A DNA stretch of 64,000 nucleotides from Mobula hypostoma (taxonomy: Eukaryota): assembly GCF_963921235.1 (NCBI RefSeq), contig NC_086097.1, forward strand, positions 32,056,001-32,120,000, given 5' to 3'. The notes beneath the pieces were generated by a model. The model had not been told where the DNA came from. It made no database searches and saw nothing but the letters and a program-made list of their open reading frames with translations. How positions within the stretch are numbered: the stretch's first letter is position 1; each line of letters opens with the position of its first letter. Below are positions 12,701 to 24,700 of this stretch, in pieces. The position numbers were made by a program, and so were the translations under genes.

Positions 12701-15700
12701 ATTATTATCTGAACGGTGTGGAGTTAGGTAAGGGAGAAATACAAAGAGACCTAGGAGTACTTGTTCATCAGTCTCTGAAGGTGAATGAGCAAGTGCAGCA
12801 GGCAGTGAAGAAGGCTAATGGAATGTTGGCCTTTATTACAAAGGGAATGGAGTACAAGAGCAAGGAAATCCTTTTGCATTTGTACAGGGCCCTGGTGAGA
12901 CCACACCTGGAGTATTGTGTGCAGTTTTGGTCTCCAGGGTTAAGGAAGGACATCCTGGCTGTGGAGGAGGTGAAGCGTAGGTTCACTAGGTTAATTCCTG
13001 GGATGTCCAGACTGTCTTACACAGAGAGGTTAGAGAGACTGGGCTTGCACACGCTGGAATTAAGGAGATTGAGGGGGGGATCTGATTGAGACATATAAGA
13101 TTATTAAGGGATTGGACAAGATAGAGGCAGGAAATATGTTCCAGATGCTGGGAGAGTCCAGTACCAGAGGGCATGGTTTAAGAATAAGGGGTAGGTCATT
13201 TAGGACAGAGTTGAGGAGGAACTTCTTCTCCCAGAGAGTTGTGGAGGTGTGGAATGCACTGCCTCAGAAAGCAGTGGAGGCCAATTCTCTGGATGCTTTC
13301 AAGAAGGAGCTAGATAGGTATCTTATGGATAGGGGAATCAAGGGGAACAAGGCAGGAACCGGGTATTGATAGTAGATGATCAGCCATGATCTCAGAATGG
13401 CGGTGCAGGCTCGAAGGGCCAAATGGTCTCTTCACTTTAAATACACGGAGTGACTGGCCTCCACAGCCGTCTGTGGCAATAAATTCCATACATTCACCAC
13501 CCTCTGGCTAAAGAAATTCCTTCTCATCTCTCTCCTAAAGGGACATCCTTGTATTCTGAAGCTGTGCCCTCTGGTCCTAGACTCTCCCAAAATAGGAAAC
13601 ATCCTTTCCACGTCCACTCTAACTGGGCTTTTCAATATTGGATAAGATTTCAATGAGATCCCCCCTCATTCTTCCAAACCTCTGCAAGTACAGGTTCCTC
13701 AGACGCTGACCTCGGAATGTTCATCTCCACCTTACCCTTGTCCCTCATAACTTTTTACAATTATGGCACACACAGATAAGGTGGACAGTAACAGTCTTTT
13801 CCACAGGGTAGAGGAGTCCAAAACCAGGGAGCATAAGTTTAGGGTCAGAGGGGAAATATTTAAAAGGGAACTGAGGAGCAAGTTTTTCCACAGAGGGTGA
13901 TGAGTACAGTAAGTGATTAAAGATTACCTTCACTTGTCACGTGTACGTCCAACTATACAGTGTAATGTGTCGAGCAACACAGTCCGACAAGCTCACAGAT
14001 GTCACCAAGCTTCTGGCACCAACATAAGCTGCCCACAACTCACTAAGGCTAACCCGTACGTCTTTGGAATGTGGTCACAGGAGGAGAATGTACAAACTCC
14101 TTATAGACAGTGGCAGGAATTGAACCACAATCAGTGCTGATGTAAAGCTGGTGGAGTTTGTTAAAATTAGAATACTTAAAAGACAACTACATGGATAGGA
14201 GAGGTTTAGAGGGATATGGGGCAAACAGAGACAAGTGAGTCTGGTTTAGATGGTAATCTGGGTCGGCATGGACTAGATGGGCTGAATGGCCTGTTTCGAT
14301 GCTTTGTGACTCTATAGGCACTCCCCTCATTCAGCCTGCTGTCTGCACCGTCCCAAGTTCCCCACCCTTCCCCTCCTCCACAGGGCACAACCTCCTGCCT
14401 TCGACCGGCCGGTTTCTGTGCCACCTGCGCCCAGTCTTACGTAGTCCTGGCGATGTGCTGAGTCACAGGGAGGTCCGGTCTCTGCCCGCTGCCCGCTCGT
14501 CCTGACCCTGTCCCCGGAGGTGCCTGGGTGCCAGACGGTCGACGCCTGGGCTAGATCTCCTGCAACAATGGGAGTGAGGTGAGATGGGGGGGTGGCGGGA
14601 AACAGAGTGTTTAAAGCAATTGCTCGGGCCACAAGCCTCAGTTTCCAGCTGAGCCCGGTCACCTTCCCCGCCCCACAGACGGGAGACGGGAGAGGGGAGC
14701 TGGTGCCAGAATTCCTGAACTCCCATCCACATCACCGTCTCCACACACACGCACACACACCATGTCCTGTAGGCATGGGATTAACTAATCTGAGTTAGAG
14801 AGAGGGGGTTGTGGGGTGTAGGAGGAGTGGGTAGGGGGAGTGGTGTTAGTGGTGTGGGCTGGGGACAGGGAATGTAACTGGGGGTTGTCTTCGGGGTGGG
14901 TGAGGGGGTGAAAAGATGGTGAGGGTATGAACAGGAGATGGGTGGGGTGAGTGTGACCGTGGGGGTGTGTCTGTGGGGCATATGGGGAGGGAGGGAGGGG
15001 GGAGGGGGATGGGGATGGGCTAGATTGGAGGAGGGAGTGGGTCTTGCCAACACCTGCGTCTCCGTCAGCAAATGGCAACAGAACAGAGAGGCGATGAGGA
15101 GATGCCAAGAGCCGGGACAGGAAGCATCACATCAGCCAGGGGTGTTAACTGGCACCCCTGGGTGCTGGCTTGGGATCAGGCACCCCTGGGTGCTGCAGAA
15201 GCAGCTGAAGGGGCTGCTCCAGGGATGAGGGACTGATGGAGCAGTCTGATGTTCAAGAGCACTGTGAGAACCTCGATCTCAATGACAGGGATGGTGTACT
15301 AACTACATTTCTGCTCCTGCACAGTCCTCCGGGACACTGCCAACACACACACACCACATTACATTGCTCTACACACCCGATATATCCACCACACTATTAC
15401 ACACACCCACAATACTCACCACTGGCCAGGGGGCTCAAGAACTCATCCTCGTCCTGTGAGGAACTGCCCCCCACGTCCACTGTGTGGTCCCACTCCAGCG
15501 GGATGGAGTCCACGCTGACTGGTGTCTCCCGGCCCGATCGGTGCTGCGGGGCGCTGTCCGGTGGGGCTGGCACTGAGAGCGACACCTCCCCAGGCTCCAG
15601 CCTGTCCCCGGGACCCTCGACCCCCTCAGCCTCCCGTAAACACGGATCCACATCCTCACACACCTGGAGTGGGGAACACAAGGTGTCAAAGCCTGTGGAG

Positions 15701-18700
15701 AACCCCCCCCCCACAGAGTCTCCAACATCCACTCAGACTCCCCACCCACAGACCCCCCAACCCCCACCCACTGACTCCCCACTCCCCACCCACTGATTCC
15801 TCACCCCCCACCCCGACTCCCCACCGTCCACCCACTGACTCCCCACCCCCACCCACAGACCCCCCACCATCCACTCAGACTCCCCACCATCCACCCACCG
15901 ACCCCCACCCCCCACTGACCACCCCCCACCCCCCACTGACCACCCCCACCGTCCACTCACAGACTCCCCACACCCACCCACTGACCCCCACCATGCACCC
16001 ACAGACTCCCCACCCACTGACCCCCCACAGTCCACTCAGACTCCCCAGACCCCCCACGATCCACCCACAGACCCCCACCCCCCACCCACTGATTCCTCAC
16101 CCCACCCCGACTCCCCACCGTCCACCCACTGGCTCCCCACCCCCACCCACCGACACCCCATGGTCCACCCACAGACCCTCCACCATCCACTCAGACTCCC
16201 CACCATCCACTCAGACTCCCCACCCCCACCCACAGACCACCCCACCCACTGACCCCACACAGTCCACTCAGACTCCCCACCCCCCACCCACTGACCCCAC
16301 ACAGTCCACTCAGACTCCCCACCCCCCACCCACTTACCCCACACAGTCCACTTAGACTCCCCACCCCCCACTCACTGACCACCCACAGACTCCCACTCCC
16401 ACAGATGATGGACACTCTCCCCACCCACCATATCCCCTCACACAGCCCACGGACACCCCCCCCATCACCAACTCTCCCCTCCCACAACCCAATTGACACA
16501 CTCCCCCCACCCACTGAATCCCCCTCACAGCCAGTCTCCCTCCCCCTGCCCCCCATTACCAACCCTTCCTCCACTCACTCAATCCCTACCCATAGCCCAC
16601 CAACACGCGCCATCTTCACTGATTCTCCCCACCCACTCAATTCCCTTCCACAGCCCAACTCACAAACCAGCACCCCATCTGACCCGAGGGTCCCGCTGAA
16701 GGTACTGTACCTCTATATCCTCCTCACCTATCATCATATAGTCACTCCCCTGCTCCACTGCCCGGTCTGTTACATGGAAACTTTATTTTAAATTGGTATC
16801 ATTATTTAAGTATATTTAATTGTTGTTAATTTCAGTGACGTGAAAATATGTTGTAGTTATCCTTTCTATTCCTTAAGGTTGTTATAGCTGGGGGTTGGGT
16901 GGGTGGGGGTGACGAGACAATAAGCTCCCACTACCTATTAAATGCTCCCAATAGCGGGCTTCTGGAATAGCCTCTGAGAACCAGGACCAGCTCCTGACCT
17001 TCACACGTGGCTTAGCTTCTGAGCCCGGTGGAACCATTCCTACTGGCAGAATAGACAATAGGTGCAGGTGTAGGCCATTTAGCCCTTCAAGCCAGCACCA
17101 CCATTCACTGTGATCATGGCTGATCATCCACAATCAGTAGCCTTCTCCCCATATCCCTTCACTCCGCTATCTTTATTTTTAAGAAGGGGCAAAGGATGGT
17201 TACTTTAAAACCAGTCGCTTCGGGCAGATGGGGCTCATCAGCCATGATGGCAGCTCAGCTTGGAGAAGGAAAACTCTGATCTCAAACTTCCACTGCCTTG
17301 CGACTATACCCACTCAGGGGGATGCCTCCAGGAGTAAACCACGAGGAAAAATTCAGATCTGGAGTCCCTAAGGCAGTCCTACGTTGAGTTCAATGCTGAC
17401 TGGCATCTCCTGCAATGCCACTGGTGCCAAACTGTATCAGTCTCTGCCGTTCCTTTGAATTCATTAGCTGTGTAGAGGGGGAACCTGCTCCACAGGCAAC
17501 AGCTTGTTCTCCGTATGGTACTGCCCTGGCCTGCGTATTGATTGATGGCAACTACTTCCAACAGCTAGGATGGAACAACCATGGTCGACCTCAACCAACC
17601 CTATCTGTACATCGCATAATTTTGTAAATCTCTATAAAATCTCCCCCCATTCCACTACACCCCAGGGAATAAAGTTCTAATGTATTCAGCCTTTCCCTTT
17701 CACTAAGCCACAAGCTCCGGCAACATCCTTGTAAATTTTCTCTGGAGTTTTTCCAATCATATCGATATCGTCCTTACCGGCTGTACGGCCACAAGACGCT
17801 GATGGAAGCGTGCCACACGCCCGAATACGTCCTGGCAATAGGCATGCAGATCCTCCAGCTCCTCCTCGATGTCCACGGCGTCCAGCGGCTCGATCTTCTG
17901 AATCAGCTGCTCCCCAGACACGATCAGCTGGTCGATCTTGTTGGTGTTGAGGGTGATCTCGTGCTGAAAGGCCTGAGGAGATGACCCGGGCAGTTAAAGA
18001 TTAGATAAAGATTAAAAATTAGCTTTATTTATCACATGTACATCAAAATATTGGGTGGACGGGTGGAGATATGTTCCTATCAAAGGAAGTGTAAGGCACT
18101 CCTTCCATCCACTAGCCTGTAGGTCACCCTTGGGCAAGTTATAGCACCTGCTTAGCACCCCGATCAGGGTCTCGTGAAGCCATGGTGCAGGTGGTGGATG
18201 GTTGTATGAGCACTGGTGCATATCACAAGTCCTGGTTAAGCGTCCACTGACGCCAGGCAGACAATCTCTGAAGAGTATTGATAATGGCTGGGGTCACCCA
18301 TCTTGTAAAGACACTGCCCAGAAGAAGGCAATGGTAAGAAACAACCATGGTCATGGAACGACCATGATCACCCACGTCATACGACATGGCACATAACGAA
18401 CGAACATTGAAATATACAGTGAAATGCATTGTCTGCGTCAATGACCAACACAGTCTGAGGGGGGCAGCCTGCAGGTGCTGCCATGCTTCTGGCACCAACA
18501 TAGCGAATTCCCAAGTTACAAAGTGGTGCCACAGTTTGGTAGGGTGGTAAAGAAGGCATTTGGCACACTTGCTTTCTCTGGTCATGGTGCTGAGTACAAG
18601 AGTCAAGAAATCACGCTACAGCTGCATAAAACTTCAGTCAGGTTCGCAGTTGGAGTGTTGCATGTGGTTTCATTCGCCCCTTTAGAAAAAGAAGAATTGG

Positions 18701-21700
18701 TTTTTGGAGAAGGTGCTATAAGGAGAGGTTGGACAGACTGAGGTGGTTTCCTCTGGAACAGTGGAGGCTGATGGAATAGGAGGCATAGATAGAGTAGACA
18801 GTCAGAATCTTTTCCCCAAGGTAGAAGTGTCAAACTCCACAAGATGTGGTTTTGAGGTTAGAGGGGAAGTTCAGAGGCAACACGAGGGGCAGGTACCTGG
18901 AATGAGTTACCAGGGCTACAGTGGAAGCAGCTGGTTTGATGTACTTTAAAAGGGTTTTCGACAGACACATGAATACGAAAGGAATGGAGGACATTTAGAA
19001 TAAATTGGCATCAGGATCAGCACCACATGGTGGGCCGAATGGTATGTCCAAGTGCAGTACTGTTCTATGTAATATATCTCATCTGCACGCCGGGTGATGA
19101 AGGTGTGCCACACCAGCCAAGGCACTGTGTACACCCATTGGGAAGTGGAGTTACAGTAGTACAAATCATTGGTGAGGTTGAGTATCTGTTGCAAAGGGGC
19201 ATAGGGAGTGGACCCAAGTGCAGGACACAGACACGGAGGTAACATTAACAGAAGTGTGTTTATTAATAGTTGCCAGGAAAGCCAGGGAGCGAGGATTAAA
19301 TGCTTACGCGGATGTGGAGGCGGGACAACAAACAGGAGGAGCTCGGACACGGAGCCTGTACTTGGATTTGGACTTGGACGCGGAACCTGGACTTGGACTT
19401 GACTTGGTTGCGGAGCCTGGACTTGGACTTGACTTGGTTGCGGAGCCTGGACTCGGACTAGACTTGTACTCGGAGCCTGGACTTGGACTCGGCACCTGGA
19501 CTTGGACGTGAAGAGACAGAATACCCAACTCGGAACAGCAACAAACGGCCAGACCAACTCAGCTGGAAGCGAGACGACTAAACCAAACAACAACAGACAG
19601 TTCAAATCTTGACTCGAAGCAGCGGCAACCGGCCAGAAACACTCAGCCGGACATGAAAATGACAGAATTCGCATCTTGACTCGGAGTAGCAGCAAAACGG
19701 CCGGACACGAAAACGACTGAATTCACTAAGCAGCCACAGGCACCGAAGCAAGTAAGAGTCCACGATTCGTGGTGGCCCTCAGGACGAGCACAGGCACTCT
19801 GGCTAGGGTGATGAACCAGCAGTGAGTAGATGTAAGCTGGATTTTTTATGTTGCCGGTTCGAATGAGGATCAGGTGCCCTAATCAAGGAGCCCAGTGGAA
19901 CCCGGGGAAAAGGAAATTAAATGAAATGAGGAGTCAACCGACCGGACCGTGACAGTATAGAGTACTGTTCTGGTCACCCAACTGTGGGAAGGACACAATG
20001 GAACTAGAGAGGTTGCAGAAAGAATTCACAAGATGTTACCGGGACTGGAGGGCTTGAGCTACAAGGAGAGGCAGACAGACAGGGACTGTTTTCCCTGGAG
20101 CGAAGAAGGCTGAGGGGTGACTTTATAGAGGCTTATAAAAAAAACATGAGAGGTGTAGAGAAGGTGAATGGTCACAGTCTTTTCCCTAAGGGGAGGGGAG
20201 TCCAAAACCAGAGCGCAAAGGTTTAATGTGAGAGGGGAAAGATTTTAAGGGAATCTGAGAGGCAGTTTTTTCCACACTGGTGGTGAGTGTGTGGAACAAG
20301 CTGCCAGAGGAAGCAATTGAGGCAGAAACAATTATAATGTTTACAAGACATTTGGACGGGCATGTGGATATCAAATGTTTGGAACAGGGGCCAAATGGCA
20401 ACTTGATCAGCACAGATGAGATGGGCCAAAGGGCCTGCTTCTGTGTTTTCTGTCACTAATTAAGAGAGGGCTTTATTCGTTAGATGGCCTCATTGCTTAC
20501 TCAAGAGCTAGGGTTTTTCACTTTGGAGCAAAGGATGACGAGAAGTGACTTCATAGAGGTATACAAGATAATGAGAGGCATAGATAGAGTAGACAATTAG
20601 AGGCTTTTTCCCAGGAAAGAAATGGCTAATACAAGGGGCATAATTAAGGTGATTGGAGGGATGTATAGGGGAATGTCAGAGATAAGCTCTTTACACAGAG
20701 AGTGGTGAGTTTGTGGTACACCCTGCCAGGGATGTTGGTAGAGACAGACGCATTAGGGGCATTTAAGACACTCTTAGATAAGTGGAAAATTATGTAGGAT
20801 GGAAGAGTTAGATTGATCTTGAGTGGATTAAAAGGTCAACACAACATTGTGGGCTATGGTGTGGTAATGTTCGATGTTCTATGTTCTCTGAGTTGTTGAA
20901 CTAAGTTTCCAGAAAGTTGCATGCAGGAAAACTGGTGGTGATTGGGGAGCAGCTTCACCTGAACCATAGGAGGTAAACAGTCGATTTAAAGTGTAATGTA
21001 TGGACCTATTTCTTTTAGAGCAATGACCCCCCTCATTTAGTACTATGTATTGATCTGTTGTCTACACATGTGCATTGTTTTTGCTCTCGCTCTCGCTGCA
21101 ACGGAATACACCAGTTAAAGCCATCTCCCACGTACGTGCTTTTATTTAATTGATAATTAGTTGTGCAGAGACACAACAAATTGGCGACAAGTATGAACCT
21201 GTGTGTCAGAAAATATCTCATGAACTGCACCGACAGTTATGGTACGAAACAGTACAAGAAAGCCGAAGGACCCATGACAGTGAAAGGCACATTGAATTTA
21301 AAGTGAAAATAACATGACAATGGCTTTGGTTGGGAAAGATGAGAAATTTGATAGTGCTAATGAAGGATGGGAGTCATACATCAAGAGGGTTGAACTGTAT
21401 TGTAACGTGAACAACGCGAAGAAAGCCCTGCACGTCTTAGCTTATGGGCCCAGGAACGTAGAGTCTCTTACATAGAAATATAGAAACATAGAAAATAGGT
21501 GCAGGAGTAGGCCATTCGGCCCTTCGAGCCTGCACCGCCATTCAGTATGATCATGGCTGATCATCCAACTCAGAACCCTGTACCAGCCTTCTCTCCATAC
21601 CCTCTGATCCCTTTAGCCACAAGGGCAATATCTAACTCCCTCTTAAATATAGCCAATGAACTGGCCTCATCTGTTTCCCGTGGCAGAGAATTCCACAGAT

Positions 21701-24700
21701 TCACCACTCTCTGTGTGAAGAAGTTTTTCCTAATCTCGGTCCTAAAAGGCTTCCCCTTTATCCTCAAACTGTGACCCCTCGTTCCGGACTTCCCCAACAT
21801 CGGGAACAATCTTCCTGCATCTAGCCTGTCCAATCCCTTTAGGATTTTATACATTTCAATCAGATCCCCCCCTCAATCTTCTAAATTCCAACAAGTATAA
21901 GCCTAGTTCATCCAGTCTTTCTTCATATGAAAGTCCTGCCATCCCAGGAATCAATCTGGTGAACCTTCTTTGTATTCCCTCTATGGCAAGGATGTCTTTC
22001 CTCAGATTAGGGACCAAAACTGCACACAATACTCCAGGTGTGGTGTCACCAAGGCCTTGTACAACTGCAGTAGTACCTCCCTGCTCCTGTACTCAAATCC
22101 TCTTGCTATAAATGCCAGCATACCATTCGCCTTTTTCACCGCCTGCTGTACCTGCATGCCCACTTTCAATGACTGGTGTATAATGACACCCAGGTCTCGT
22201 TGCATCTCCCCTTTTCCTAATCGGCCACCATTCAGATAATAATCTGTTTTCCTCTTTTTGCCACCAAGGTGGATAACCTCACATTTATCCACATTAAATT
22301 GCATCTGCCATGAATTTGCCCATTCACCTAACCTATCCAAGTCACCCTGCATCCTCTTAGCATCCTCCTCACAGTTAACACTGCCGCCCAGCTTCGTGTC
22401 ATCCGCAAACTTGAAGATGCTGCATTTAATTCCCTCATCCAAGTCATTAATATATATTGTAAACAACTGGGGTCCCAGCACTGAGCCTTGTGGTACCCCA
22501 CTAGTCACTGCCTGCCATTCTGAAACCTTAACGCAACCTAGTAACCCTGGAAACCCAGTAGGCAAGACATTTGATGAAATTGTTATAATTTTACAAAAAT
22601 CACTTGAGCCCTAATTGCTGGTAATAGCTGAGATTTAAATTTTACAAAAGGAACTAGTCAAAAGATGAAAGCGTTTCTGAATACATTGCAGAACTGTGCA
22701 AACATTCCCAGTACTGTGACTTTAGAAATGGACTTTCTGATGCACTAAGGCAGGGGTCCCCAACCTTTTTTGCACTGCAGACCGGTTTAATGTTGACAAT
22801 ATTCTTGCAGACCGGCCAACCGGGGGGTGGGGGGGGGTAGGGTTGCCAACGGACAAGAGTAGCAGTCAAATACGTTGTGTTTACCCCGAGAAAGACTACA
22901 ATTACCATGAAGCCTTGCGCGGGCACCAATGCGCATGCCTGTACGTGCTGATTTTTTTTCTACAAATTGTTTTTGGCGATTCTGTTCGGTGGGGAGTGTT
23001 AATCATGAGCGGAATAGAGGTGATAAGTGGCTAATACACTCAATTTCGTTTCTAAAAGGGTTTATCTAACAAATTTAATATTAAACACACAGCACATTTC
23101 CTCGCATGAATATAGTGATAAGTCAATTATCAGGGGAGGACGGGGAGCTTGAAGCAAGTGTTGAACGAACTTCCATTAGAAGTGGTAGAGGCAGGTTTGA
23201 TATTATCATTTAAAGAAAAATTGGATAGGTATATGGACAGGAAAGGAATGGAGGGTTGTGGGCTGAGTGCAGGTCGGTGGGACTAGGTCAGAGTAGTGTT
23301 CGGCACGGACTAGAAGGGCCGAGATGGCCTGTTTCTGTGCTGTAATTGTTACATGGTTATGTAAGTCACTTATAAGTCAATAGCATCATAACATTTTAAG
23401 TAACATTTGGATATTAAACACACTGCACCTATTTTCCCCGTATGAACATATAAAATCATTGCAACACACCAATATCGCTGAATCAGTGGGAGCCCTGGGC
23501 TTGTTTCCCTGCAACAAGATGGTGCCATCGAAGGGTGATGGGAGACAGCGATACTCGAAGGGGGATCCTTATGTCCAGTCTATTCCGCAATTTAGTTTTT
23601 GTAGCATTCATTGCAGAGATATATTGGAAATGGAAGCAAGGATATTTAGCCTTGACTTTGATCCAGAATGCCGGCAGAGATGTTATGTCAAACATACCTT
23701 TCAGCCCACCGTCATTTGCAAGCATAAGGAGTTGATCTCCTTCCTGTGCTGACATGGATGACGCGCGGGTAATGACCTCACGTGCGTTCAAGCTCAACAG
23801 TGTGTGACAGGGAATGAGGAAAGGTGCAGCTGACTCATATCACAAAATCATATCGTTTCCTCGCGGCCTGGCAGCACATGCTTTGCGACCCGGTACCGGT
23901 CCGCAGCCCAGTGATTGGGGACCGCTGCACTAAGGGACGGGCTTGTATGTGGCATGCATAGTCCATAAGAGATCTAACTTTAGAGTGGGCATTAACCATA
24001 GCAATAGTTAAGAGACTACAGTAAAAGATGCAGCAGAACTACTGAAAAGGAGGTTAGAATGTGAAATATCCCTGAATGGTGCAAAGAGCCAAAGATGTTA
24101 TTGATGTGGCAAATCCTCCCATGATGCAAATGACTGTTGGTTCGAAGAAAAGTCTCTAGAAAATGTAACAGACAAGGTCACATAGAGTAAGTGTGCAAGG
24201 CAGACAAATAGCATAACTGAGTGAAAAGCCTCAAACACAAAACTAAGCAAATGCATAAAGTTACCGAATGTAGAACAGAACCAGACAACAGAGTCTGACA
24301 AAGGTGAACTGTTAAGCCTAGAGCTGCATAGTATTACTGAAGTCAGATCTCAATATAATATGGGTCACAACAGGCTGGATACAGTGTCAGCTTTGTCCAT
24401 AATTCCAGAGACTGACTACAACAGACTGTTTTCTAAGATACCAACAGAGAAGACCTCAGTGATGTTAAAGACTTACACAGGTGAAAAAGAGTCCCCCAAA
24501 GGCAAAGTAAAAGTGAAGGTGATGTATGGAGGTCAAACACAGCAGTCAGAGCTTTATGTATTCAAAAGGAGAGGACCAGCATTTTTCTAATGTGAATGGT
24601 TGAGAAAAATCCAACTAGACTGGCACACAATCAAAGCTCTCAGTGTGGCATCAACCGGCAACTGCAACCCAAATGGTTACCCTAATCAGAGACTGTCACA

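Noticed and set aside
15522..16355. 277-aa Pro/Thr-rich ORF on the plus strand
   Set aside because: By-product of the C-rich repeat and antisense to exon O.
18946..19695. 249-aa ORF with QVQVQAPQPS repeats
   Set aside because: Translation of tandem repeats inside a solo LTR.
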